64,000 nt of DNA, taken from contig JBEKDF010000002.1 of NCBI GenBank assembly GCA_050014495.1, forward strand, positions 96,001-160,000, given 5' to 3'. This document shows positions 1-8,613 of the stretch, piece after piece (position 1 is the stretch's first letter; the number at the start of each line of letters is the position of its first letter). A program made the position numbers and the translations under genes. The notes under the pieces are model-generated. The model saw only the letters and a program-made list of their open reading frames with translations, did no database searches and was not told the origin of the DNA. The DNA is from Candidatus Bathyarchaeia archaeon. GTDB taxonomy: Archaea; Thermoproteota; Bathyarchaeia; TCS64.

Positions 1-1124
1 CTGCGCAGGATCATCCCCACGATCACATCCTGCTCATCATCAGATATCCCGCTGAGGAAGATGTCGCTCATGTGCTGGGGGGCGAAGAACTCCCTGACTG
101 GAAGCTCCCCCTCACTGAAGATGTTTCGCTCAGCGAGGCCCTCAAGGTACTCTATAAGTCGGGCGACGCGTGTCGCATCCTGCTTCGCACCACTCCTTTT
201 CTTCTTAACCTCCAGCTCCTCCTCTTCCTCACCCTCGTCGAGTTGTTCGTAGAGGACATCGACGATGTCCTCTAGTCCGTAGAACTTCTTATGCGCCTTA
301 GCCTCCTTCACCGCCTTGCCGAGTATTATCCTCTGGAGGCTGCCCGTGACGTGGGCTAGCCTGCACAGCTCCCCTGTGGTGCACTCGCTGACGCTTATGT
401 GGAGTGGCTTAACCTGTGGGGCGTCGAATGCCTCTGCCGTCTCGGGGCGGTAGACCGTGACCTTATCGCGGAAGTACTCATGCTCGGCACCGCCAGGGTC
501 CTGCGTCATATTAGCGTAGTCCCCATGGGCATCTATGACGAGGATGGAGGCACCCTGACGGAGAAGCTGCTCCATGATGCGCCCCGCGAAGTAGCTCTTC
601 CCATACCGAGTCATCGCGAGTATCGCGGTGTGCCTGTGAAGCTCCTTGCCGCTGACGGGGACCCTTATCCCCTCCCTATACAACAGGCTGCCCACCATCA
701 GCGGTATCTCTCCCTCACCCAGGGTAAAGAGCCTCTGGAGTAACTCGTCACTGGCCCTGTATACGGGGCTCCCCGGCATAGGTGGGCTCCTTGGCCTGTG
801 TACCTCACTTCTCCCATCCTCCTCGTGGAGGTAACCGAGGACTTTGGCGTGGGCGAAGACCTGTATGAGGTCATCGTCGATGCCTAACTCACTCATCTTC
901 CTGGCAGCGTCTGGGGTAGTCCTCTCATCGTAGAAGGGGTGGCGGCTCGTGATCGTCTTCACCTGCCCCAGAACCCTGATGCTCCTCATGGAGCCGTCTG
1001 GCTGGGGCTCCTCAACCTCTACCTCGACGTACTCGTAGCTCACTGGCCTGTTCTTCGTGTCGACTATGTTGAACTCGAACCACGTCGGGTCGCTCTGCCC
1101 AATGATGCTGCCGTACTCCTTCAT
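1..1124 (-). CDS. herA: HerA-family bipolar DNA helicase/ATPase; N-terminal part, runs off the window edge
   Basis: Not in the ORF track; translated by hand from ATG at 1124, which overlaps the NurA stop (ATGA). MKEYGSIIGQSDPTWFEF (HAS-barrel-like), then RHTAILAMTRYGKSY (Walker A variant) and ILVIDAHGDY, typical of HerA. The frame stays open to position 1. Confidence 0.9.
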   Translation of the reverse strand, partial: MKEYGSIIGQSDPTWFEFNIVDTKNRPVSYEYVEVEVEEPQPDGSMRSIRVLGQVKTITSRHPFYDERTTPDAARKMSELGIDDDLIQVFAHAKVLGYLHEEDGRSEVHRPRSPPMPGSPVYRASDELLQRLFTLGEGEIPLMVGSLLYREGIRVPVSGKELHRHTAILAMTRYGKSYFAGRIMEQLLRQGASILVIDAHGDYANMTQDPGGAEHEYFRDKVTVYRPETAEAFDAPQVKPLHISVSECTTGELCRLAHVTGSLQRIILGKAVKEAKAHKKFYGLEDIVDVLYEQLDEGEEEEELEVKKKRSGAKQDATRVARLIEYLEGLAERNIFSEGELPVREFFAPQHMSDIFLSGISDDEQDVIVGMILR

Positions 1125-2407
1125 CCAAACTCCCTCTTCGACCTGCGCTTGCCCTCCACATCGAGACCCGCCTCCTCGAGGCGGTGGATTATGAAGGGCT
1201 CATACTTCCTATGGTATAAGTCCCTGTCGAAGCGGGCGAGCATATCCGCCTGCTTCAGCGGGATGTTGTACTCGACCTCATTACAGAACCAGTGTCCGAG
1301 GTGGTTTAATACCTTCTCAAGGTTTGGGTTAGGGTCGAGGAACATGTTACGAGTGTGTCTGTTCCACGCCTCTGGGCGCCCGAGGAGGTTCGCGAGGACG
1401 TCGACTCGGAAGGGGCGCGCATCAGGGCCTGGCTTCCAGTAGATGGCTGCAACACCTGGTGCAGTGAAAAACCCCTTCATAGCCTCCTTGACGCGTGTCG
1501 CTATTCCGGGTTCAAGGTGCTTGTCCACCTGCCTGTATAGATTTGGGGCATCGTTATCCGTGTAGTAGATTGATGGTGAGAGGTAAAGTGGAGTCGTGTA
1601 GCCCGCAGTCTCCGTGGATTCCCTGACGAGGAGTGGGTCGCAGAGGGGCCGAGCCTCGATCCATGGCTCGATCTGCCTACACTCCTCCTCGCTCCAATTC
1701 TCCATCTTCCCCCTGAGGTCTAGGGGAGACGAAGCCTCATCAAGCTTCTTGACTAGGCTCCCGAGCCCCGCTCGGGTGACCGCGGTCTTAAGCAGCTGCA
1801 TGTATAAGAAGAAGACACTGGAGTCCTTCGCGACCCCTACTAGAGGGAACCCGTTATCCCTGGCGAGCGTGCGTAGCCGTGCTATTGATTCGAAGAAATC
1901 TGCAAGCAGCTTGGGGTGGTGTCGATACTCCCTGATGGCGTAAGGGAGCCTACCGATGTAGAGACTCCCATCCATAAGGACGATGGGGGCTCCCCCCTCG
2001 TCTAGAACCCTATTCGCCGCCGCGTAGGCGGCGTCGTATTCACAAATGGTGCGCACATAGCCGGGGATGAAGCTCTTATCCCTGTCCTCGTAGACCTGGC
2101 CAACGTAGAGGCGTACACGCTTCTCCATGCGCCTCCCTTCACCGGGCTTGTGGATGAGGGCGATGGCACGCCCCGCTGCTACGAAGTCGCCGTATGCGAA
2201 TTCGCTCCGTTGGATGCCCCCATCGACGCTGATTAGAGTACCCTCCCTCTCGTCGGAGTCATGTGTGTATGGAACCCACTTGGCCCTCACCTCATCCGCG
2301 AGGATCGACTGCCTTGACTCCTCCTCATCCTTCGCTGCAATCTCCCCCGCAACCCTCTCCAGCTCCGAGTAGAAGTCATCGAAGAAGAGGTCCTTTACCC
2401 CACTCAA
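1121..2407 (-). CDS. nurA: NurA-family 5'-3' nuclease
   Basis: Acidic motifs ISVDGG and VLMDGSL, plus GVAKDS and C-terminal YNIPLKQADMLAR; translationally coupled to herA. Confidence 0.85.
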   Translation of the reverse strand: MSGVKDLFFDDFYSELERVAGEIAAKDEEESRQSILADEVRAKWVPYTHDSDEREGTLISVDGGIQRSEFAYGDFVAAGRAIALIHKPGEGRRMEKRVRLYVGQVYEDRDKSFIPGYVRTICEYDAAYAAANRVLDEGGAPIVLMDGSLYIGRLPYAIREYRHHPKLLADFFESIARLRTLARDNGFPLVGVAKDSSVFFLYMQLLKTAVTRAGLGSLVKKLDEASSPLDLRGKMENWSEEECRQIEPWIEARPLCDPLLVRESTETAGYTTPLYLSPSIYYTDNDAPNLYRQVDKHLEPGIATRVKEAMKGFFTAPGVAAIYWKPGPDARPFRVDVLANLLGRPEAWNRHTRNMFLDPNPNLEKVLNHLGHWFCNEVEYNIPLKQADMLARFDRDLYHRKYEPFIIHRLEEAGLDVEGKRRSKREFG

Positions 2408-2464
2408 ACCCCGTCAGAGAAGATTAGCCTCGTCAACATATATGTTGAAGAGGTGGGAGAAAGT

Positions 2465-2792
2465 GGGTGCAGCGGTGGCTCCTATGGGCAATCGGGCTGG
2501 CGTGACGCAGGTCCGCGTCACCCCCCTCCGTCCCGAATTCCCGCGAGCGCCCAACGTTCAGACTTAGGTTGCTCCCTCCCGGGCCTGGCCAGGTTCGCCC
2601 GTCGAATGCACACGCGCCCCCCTACGAGGGCGTGCCTTGCAACCGCCGGCCCCGCGGGGCAGGACATCTCCGGAGGGCTCCGCGCCTTACGCCACGCTTC
2701 CTCCGGCCACCCAAGAGGTTACTGACCCCCCTTGTAGCCCATTAGAGGTGCGGGGCAGGGCTGGCTCCCCGATCCTACCCACCACTGCATCC
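2465..2792 (-). ncRNA. ffs: Archaeal signal recognition particle (7S) RNA
   Basis: The minus strand has the helix-8 motif CCAGGCCCGGGAGGGAGCAACC, helix 6 CGCCCUC-GUAG-GGGGGCG (GNAR loop) and a terminal helix GGAUGCAGUGGUGG/CCACCGCUGCACCC. About 330 nt, GC-rich, intergenic. Confidence 0.93.
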
Positions 2793-2922
2793 TAACTCAC
2801 GGAGCCTCGCTGTAAAAGCATTATGCACACCGCGATGATTTCAATAAAACGTATAAAAAGATGAATACGGAGGGTTCACAGATCTTCGCGCGAAAGGAAT
2901 ATATTCTATCAGGTAGCCGGAG

Positions 2923-4170
2923 TTGAGCTATATGCCCTCTGAGATTACTCCACAAATGCGGAAGAACTTCAACATAACTATCGCTTGCACCATAGTGATG
3001 CAGATAACTTCATCAACAATCTACATGGTTCTACCGCTATTCTTCGAAAGCGTTGGACTGAATAACGCTGATAATGGTGTACTTATCTCAATAGGCACCT
3101 TTGCAGGAATCATAAGTGGTCTGGTTGCTGGTGCCCTATCAAACAGGTATGGAAGGAAAAATATACTTATTTTAAGCGGATTCATCTATTCTTCAACCTT
3201 CTTCATGCTTGTCTTCATGGGGCATGATTTCACATCCCTTATGATCTCGAGATTCATCGCGGGTATTGGCTTCTACATGATGCCTGTTGCAGTGACGACG
3301 ATGGCAGCTGACATTTTCCCAACGAGAGAACGTGGAAGGGCCATGGCACTTTACGGAGTAGCCGGTGGTATCGGGGCGTTAATCGGTCCCCTGATAACCC
3401 CCTTCTTGGTTTTTGGAACCGATTATACCTGGTATTTCCTCTTCTCGGCTATCTCGATTTTTCTAAGCTCAATTGCAATGATATTTTTGGTAAAGGAGAC
3501 GCTCCCTGATGACATAAGGTCAATAACAATAGCTTCTACGGGGAAGAGAATAGATGTCCGGGGTTTCCTGATCTCGGTGAAGGGTCTTGGCGCTGTCGTT
3601 GCGATATTTCTCATCGCTGTTCTCATTTACCGTGCCGGTTACACGATGATTGATCCATTCCTCAGTCTTTACCTGAATGAGGTTCTCCATCTTGACCTCG
3701 GATCAGTTAGTTACATCTTTGCCCTCAGGGCATTCTGTACGATCATCTTTTCCCAAATCTCTGGGTGGCTCACCGATAAGTATGGTAGGAAGTCAATGTT
3801 CATGATCGGGCTCGGAATGACCGTTCTTACCACCTTTAGTTACACGATCACATCGACGTTTGTTCAGATGCTGTTTTTAAGGGCTTTCGATGCAGCTGGC
3901 TCCGCGATTACCCTTACAGCTGTCAGGACTATGGTAGCAGATCTTCTCAGCCCCGAGATGCGTGCCTTCGGAATGGGTCTTTACTCCGCACTCACTCAAC
4001 AGAGCTCCACCGTTGGCTCCATCTTCAGCGGCTTCATAATCGACGCATTCGGCTTCAACGCAACTTTCTACTCAGCAACCTTCCTGTGTGCAATCGCCTT
4101 CATCATAGTTGTAATCTGGGTTCCAGAGCCTGTAAACTTGATGGATAAAATAAATCCTAAGAAAGCTTAG
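2923..4170 (+). CDS. MFS transporter (about 12 TM, DHA1-like)
   Basis: Motif A in both halves (GALSNRYGRK, GWLTDKYGRK); hydrophobic helices throughout. Start may be ATG 2932. Confidence 0.9.
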   Translation: MSYMPSEITPQMRKNFNITIACTIVMQITSSTIYMVLPLFFESVGLNNADNGVLISIGTFAGIISGLVAGALSNRYGRKNILILSGFIYSSTFFMLVFMGHDFTSLMISRFIAGIGFYMMPVAVTTMAADIFPTRERGRAMALYGVAGGIGALIGPLITPFLVFGTDYTWYFLFSAISIFLSSIAMIFLVKETLPDDIRSITIASTGKRIDVRGFLISVKGLGAVVAIFLIAVLIYRAGYTMIDPFLSLYLNEVLHLDLGSVSYIFALRAFCTIIFSQISGWLTDKYGRKSMFMIGLGMTVLTTFSYTITSTFVQMLFLRAFDAAGSAITLTAVRTMVADLLSPEMRAFGMGLYSALTQQSSTVGSIFSGFIIDAFGFNATFYSATFLCAIAFIIVVIWVPEPVNLMDKINPKKA

Positions 4171-4435
4171 AGATAGACAGGGTACGCTCAATATTTCGCG
4201 CGCATCCTCAGCACTGAGAAGCAGCTTTGATATGAGGATTCGAGCCACAATTAAACTAAGCTCAATGATAGATCTCTATTCAGCAGTTTCCTCTTCGATA
4301 TCTTACAATTAGGATTTTATCTTCTAGATTGCCCCTCTGTTTTTGTAGTTTTAGCCTAGTTGAAGTTGCGAATACCAATGCTAGGAAAGTAACTAAATTG
4401 AGTCGCGGACTATGCCTTAGAACTGTATTATATGA

Positions 4436-5293
4436 TTATAGCGGTTTGAGCCCAAACATACTAAAGCTAAAGATGATGTTCCCAATTATTAGGGCAAGGA
4501 AACCGTAGGTCGCGGCCGTCTGCAATAACTTGCCACCTGATTTCATCCCCGTTGCAGCCTTCCACATCTGTCCACCGTCAAGTGGGCCTATAGGGAGCAT
4601 GTTCATTATTGCGAGGTTTATCGAGACGAAGTAGAGCCAACTAAGGAATATGGCCAAGGCCCCTGGCATGATACCCCCAAACGCAATCATTAGTGGGATT
4701 ATTAAAAGTCCTGTTATGAGGTTAACTATGCTACCTGAGGCGAAGACTCTCATCCTACTGAGGAGCGACGCCTTCTGGAGATCTTCTTCATCAGGCTCAA
4801 CGGCACCACCAAAAGTAATGACGGCAACCAAAACCGCTGCGGATTTCACTTTAATCCCCCCTATTACGCACTGAATGCCATGACTGAGTTCGTGCGTGAG
4901 AATGACAATGCCAGCCGCAAGCATGAACCATGGTAGACTTGATGCCCCTATGGTGACTCCTGGGATGAGTGGCTGGACCGGGGTCGCTTGCTCTGGTACG
5001 AAGAAGAACTTGAAGAGGTTATTGATAAGGAGCCAGGAGGCAAAGGCACCTTGCCCCACGGATGCGACTACGCCCACATTACCGAGTATGCGCCACATCT
5101 CGGGGTGCCACCCCGCGAGTCTGGATATGAAGCCATTGAGCCTAGTCGACTTGTATAAGACATAGATAGGGCTTACCTCGAGGTCGTCCCTCTTCACCTT
5201 GAATAGAGTAATGACAGCGTAGAAGGTGAACCATACGGCGACAATTATCCCAAGCGTTGTGAGGGAGTCCAACCTCTTAACCTCCATTTCCAC
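4436..5293 (-). CDS. Site-2 protease (peptidase M50), membrane zinc metalloprotease
   Basis: HELSH (HExxH) and NMLPIGPLDGG motifs within TM segments. Confidence 0.92.
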   Translation of the reverse strand: MEMEVKRLDSLTTLGIIVAVWFTFYAVITLFKVKRDDLEVSPIYVLYKSTRLNGFISRLAGWHPEMWRILGNVGVVASVGQGAFASWLLINNLFKFFFVPEQATPVQPLIPGVTIGASSLPWFMLAAGIVILTHELSHGIQCVIGGIKVKSAAVLVAVITFGGAVEPDEEDLQKASLLSRMRVFASGSIVNLITGLLIIPLMIAFGGIMPGALAIFLSWLYFVSINLAIMNMLPIGPLDGGQMWKAATGMKSGGKLLQTAATYGFLALIIGNIIFSFSMFGLKPL

Positions 5294-5340
5294 GTGTAGG
5301 CTGTAGATATAAGGAGAACGCTATTCTATCCTTTTGGTGA

Positions 5341-6027
5341 ATCGGGGCGTCGGATCGAGTCGAGGTTAGCTACAGGGAGGAGAGGTGGATCCTCCTAAGG
5401 TCGCTCAGAGGTGAGGCATCCTCCCTAATTCGCCCCCTTAGTAATGCACACATAAACTGCTTCGCTTATGGTAGCCTTGCGAGGGGTGACGTTAAGTCAA
5501 CGAGCGATGTCGACATCTTCATCCCTAATCCTCCAGCCCCTGAGCTCATCGAAGCAGCCCTCGAAAGAACGGGGATACGCGCTTCTGAGAGGGAAATAAT
5601 ACAGGCGACCCCCGGGTACGCCGCGAAGGGATACATATATGTTGCTGAGAGAAGGGGCTACAGTTTCCCCTTAGTTCCCCTCTTAGCTGCAGAACGCGAC
5701 TTCTACTCATTCGCCGGCTCCATAGACCTGAGTCAGCTGGAGGTAGGTACTCGGGTATCTGGAGTTGACAAGAGGTTGATGCTCATCGAGCCTACCTTGA
5801 AGGGACACATCGAGTCCCCCGTGGCTGGCAGAGAGGGGGAAGTCGCCCGCCTACTCGGTGTGAACTCCAGAATAGTGATGGAGAGAGTGAGAACACTGGA
5901 ACGCAGACGCGCAGTTGGTCGCACCGGGGTCTACCTGAAGCATATTCTTGAGCCCGATGAGGGATTTGGCGAGGCTCTACATAGGCTCAGCCTTAATAGG
6001 CCTGCCCTAAGAAAAAGGCTTGTTTAA
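5341..6027 (+). CDS. Predicted DNA-polymerase-beta-type nucleotidyltransferase (archaeal COG2413-like); start codon unclear
   Basis: The frame is open from 5341 (right after TGA 5338-5340) through AYGSLARGDVKSTSDVDIF (GS...DxD) into the track ORF 5776..6027. No in-frame ATG/GTG/TTG precedes the catalytic motif. Confidence 0.8.
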   Translation: MGASDRVEVSYREERWILLRSLRGEASSLIRPLSNAHINCFAYGSLARGDVKSTSDVDIFIPNPPAPELIEAALERTGIRASEREIIQATPGYAAKGYIYVAERRGYSFPLVPLLAAERDFYSFAGSIDLSQLEVGTRVSGVDKRLMLIEPTLKGHIESPVAGREGEVARLLGVNSRIVMERVRTLERRRAVGRTGVYLKHILEPDEGFGEALHRLSLNRPALRKRLV

Positions 6028-6037
6028 AAAAGGTTGG

Positions 6038-7309
6038 TTACTGAGTAAGGTCCTTGAAGGCCTTGATCTCCATCCCCTGCGGGATTTTGACTCCCTCAGC
6101 GATCCTGTCACCGACGACCGCCTTCACTCCCTTCGATGCTGCTGCGTCTATCAGGCGTCCTGTCACAATACCGTCGAAGATCACGGCCTTAACCGCTTCA
6201 GCTGCCTTGAGTTTCTCGACGAGTTCAGCGACTGGGAATCTATCCAACTGGGCGTCGTCCTTCCCTATTAGGACGGCCTCGAGGGTTCCCTTTAGCCCAT
6301 CGGTGAGTTTGGCGTACTCGTTCGCGAGACTTGGGGGTTGGACCACTACGGGTGGTGGTGGCCTCTGGCGTTGGACGCGCGGGGGTCTCGCGTGTGGTCT
6401 TTGACGCTCTGGCACGATCTCAGGTAAACGCTCTGGAGGACGTTCCTCAACTTGTGGTGGGGCCTCTACCTGTGTCTGTAGCGCTGCGAAGGCTTCTTCG
6501 ACCGGCATCTTCGCCTCAAGAGCTGCCTTTATCTGATCGGGGTCGAGTTCCTCGACCTCTGAGCCACGAGGAGCACGCGCCACATACTTCGGTTTCGCAA
6601 CCTGCATTAACTCTCTCAGGATGAGGTCGCCGCCACGATCACCGTCCAAGAAGGCTGTTACTTCCTTCTTCCTTGCGAGTTCGCGGATCGTGTTTGGTAT
6701 CTTAACGCCCTCGACCGCTATGGAGCCGCTTATCCCCGCTCTGAGGAGGTTGATTACGTCTGCCCTCCCTTCGACGAGTATTATGTCGTTGCGTTGGCTG
6801 ATATCGGGGGTGGCAGTGAGCCTCTCGCGCCCGTAGTGAACGGGTTCAATCTTCTTGCCTTCCTGACCCACCTGTTCGAGCATGACTTCGATGTCGTGGT
6901 GCTCCTTGACATGCCAGTCACGCATCAACTCCTTAGCGCGTTCTTGTATGCGCTTGAGTTTGTCGGCACGGACGTCGTGTATGCTCTCGATGTTTATCTT
7001 AGCATCGCATGGGCCTACCCTATCGACAGTTTCCATGGCCGCTGCTATTATGGCGGTCTCGGGTCTATCTAGACTCGATGGGACAACGAGGGTACCCGTC
7101 GTCTTGTCGTTTGCGGACTTAAGTTCAATGTCGATCCTGCCGATCTTGCCTGTGCGTTGTAACTCGCGAAGCTCGAAGTCTTTTGGGAATAATCCCTCTG
7201 TCTGTCCAAAGATGGCTCCGATCACGTCGTGTCGCTCAACTACGCCCTCAATTGAGAAGCGTGCCTGTATCGTGTACTTTACGCCTGTGTAGATTTCCTT
7301 ATCTCCCAT
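6038..7309 (-). CDS. dnaG: Archaeal DnaG (TOPRIM; exosome-associated primase-like protein)
   Basis: GVVERHDVIGAIFGQTEGL, LRELQRTGKIGRI, and TOPRIM motifs ILVEGRADV and FLDGDRGG. Confidence 0.96.
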   Translation of the reverse strand: MGDKEIYTGVKYTIQARFSIEGVVERHDVIGAIFGQTEGLFPKDFELRELQRTGKIGRIDIELKSANDKTTGTLVVPSSLDRPETAIIAAAMETVDRVGPCDAKINIESIHDVRADKLKRIQERAKELMRDWHVKEHHDIEVMLEQVGQEGKKIEPVHYGRERLTATPDISQRNDIILVEGRADVINLLRAGISGSIAVEGVKIPNTIRELARKKEVTAFLDGDRGGDLILRELMQVAKPKYVARAPRGSEVEELDPDQIKAALEAKMPVEEAFAALQTQVEAPPQVEERPPERLPEIVPERQRPHARPPRVQRQRPPPPVVVQPPSLANEYAKLTDGLKGTLEAVLIGKDDAQLDRFPVAELVEKLKAAEAVKAVIFDGIVTGRLIDAAASKGVKAVVGDRIAEGVKIPQGMEIKAFKDLTQ

Positions 7310-7339
7310 TGCTTATTTCAACTCTGTTTGTTGTTTTCT

Positions 7340-7500
7340 TGATTCACTCTGCCCGCGGGGCGGCTCCTCTTTTCCGCTTGGGGCTTTAGCCTGGGTCCGA
7401 GAACTCGTACCCTGGGGTTAGCTTCCATCCGGTGATAGCGGGGCTCTTGTCGTCTTCGACCTTTACACCCGCGGTGATTGTGAATCACGCCTTATTGGCG
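7340..7500 (-). promoter_or_regulatory. Structured 5' leader of dnaG (candidate cis-regulatory RNA)
   Basis: TATA-like TTTTTATT on the minus strand at about 7524-7531. Nested complementary segments: 7480-7487/7340-7347, 7468-7474/7353-7359 and 7437-7441/7374-7378; hairpin at 7393-7412. Confidence 0.55.
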
Positions 7501-7608
7501 CGTCTAGGATACTTTCATCTAGGAATAAAAACGTTGTCGATCGCCAGTCTTTAGGCAGCGTCGTAGTTTTAAGAGGGTTTCACCGACACTTATCTGAGGT
7601 TCGTCCCC

Positions 7609-8610
7609 ATGGTTAAGGTCGCAATTAATGGATTCGGTAGGACGGGCCGCCTCGCGCTTAGGGCGGCGTTAGAGAGGGGCTCAGAGCTCGAGTTCGTCGC
7701 GGTTAATCGTGGCGACGCTAAGCTTTTGGGGCATCTGCTGAAGTATGATAGCATCCATGGGAGGACACCCTTCCCCGTTGAGGTGGATGGGGACACCATA
7801 GTGGCCGCGGGGAAGAGGATCAAAGTCCTGAATGAGTCGGATGCTGAAAAGCTTCCATGGAGGGACCTGGGTGTCTGGCTGGTCATCGATGCATCGGACA
7901 AGTATAGGGATAGGGACGGCGCTAGCAAGCACCTGAAGGCCGGTGCTAGTAAGGTCCTCGTTGGCGCGCCTGGGAAGAAACTTGATGCCACTATAGTCCT
8001 CGGAGTCAATGATGACACATACGATTCATCGAAGCATAACCTCGTCAGTAACGCGAGCTGCACCACAAACTGCGTCGCGCCCGTTGTCAAGGTACTCAAC
8101 GACCGCTTCGGTATCGAGTCAGCGATGGTCTCAACTATCCACGCTTACACAGGGAGCCAGATGCTCCTCGACCGTGCGGATAAGGATCTCCGAAGAGCGC
8201 GCGCAGCAGCGATGAGTATAATCCCAACAACCACGGGCATGACTAGCGCTATCGGGGAAGTTCTCCCAGAGTTGAAGGGGAAAATTGACGGCACGGCCTT
8301 CCGTGTTCCGACCCCGGATGTGAGCTTAATCGATGTCTCTGCTGTCCTTAAGTCAAAGCAAAGCGTTGAAGATATCAATGCCGCCTTCAAGGAGGCTGCA
8401 ACTGGCAATATGAAGGGCATACTCGCATACGACACCGAGCCCCTCGTATCAGTCGACTATATTCACACCCCATACAGTGCAATAGTTGACGGCACTTCTA
8501 CGATCTCGAACGGTAGCATGGTCAAGGTTGTGGCTTGGTATGATAACGAGTACGGGTATAGCTGCAGGATGATAGAGCTGGCCGAGAAGATGGCCAGTTA
8601 CGCCAAGTAG
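7609..8610 (+). CDS. gap: Type I (bacterial-type) glyceraldehyde-3-phosphate dehydrogenase
   Basis: VAINGFGRTGR, NASCTTNC (catalytic Cys), WYDNEYGYS. Confidence 0.93.
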   Translation: MVKVAINGFGRTGRLALRAALERGSELEFVAVNRGDAKLLGHLLKYDSIHGRTPFPVEVDGDTIVAAGKRIKVLNESDAEKLPWRDLGVWLVIDASDKYRDRDGASKHLKAGASKVLVGAPGKKLDATIVLGVNDDTYDSSKHNLVSNASCTTNCVAPVVKVLNDRFGIESAMVSTIHAYTGSQMLLDRADKDLRRARAAAMSIIPTTTGMTSAIGEVLPELKGKIDGTAFRVPTPDVSLIDVSAVLKSKQSVEDINAAFKEAATGNMKGILAYDTEPLVSVDYIHTPYSAIVDGTSTISNGSMVKVVAWYDNEYGYSCRMIELAEKMASYAK

Positions 8611-8613
8611 TAT

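Noticed and set aside
2502..2521. Apparent extra hairpin GUGACGC-GGACCU-GCGUCAC in the SRP RNA
   Set aside because: The 3' arm pairs better with GCGUGGCGUA as part of the normal long helix 5, so it is not evidence of a novel helix.
2453..2725. 90-aa ORF over the SRP RNA
   Set aside because: Antisense shadow of a GC-rich RNA gene with no protein-like features.
8197..8205. GCGCGCGCA inside gap (a similar tract lies at about 58632 in the LarA gene)
   Set aside because: Encodes RARA in an intact gene, so it was not counted as a junction; it shows that such tracts can arise by chance.
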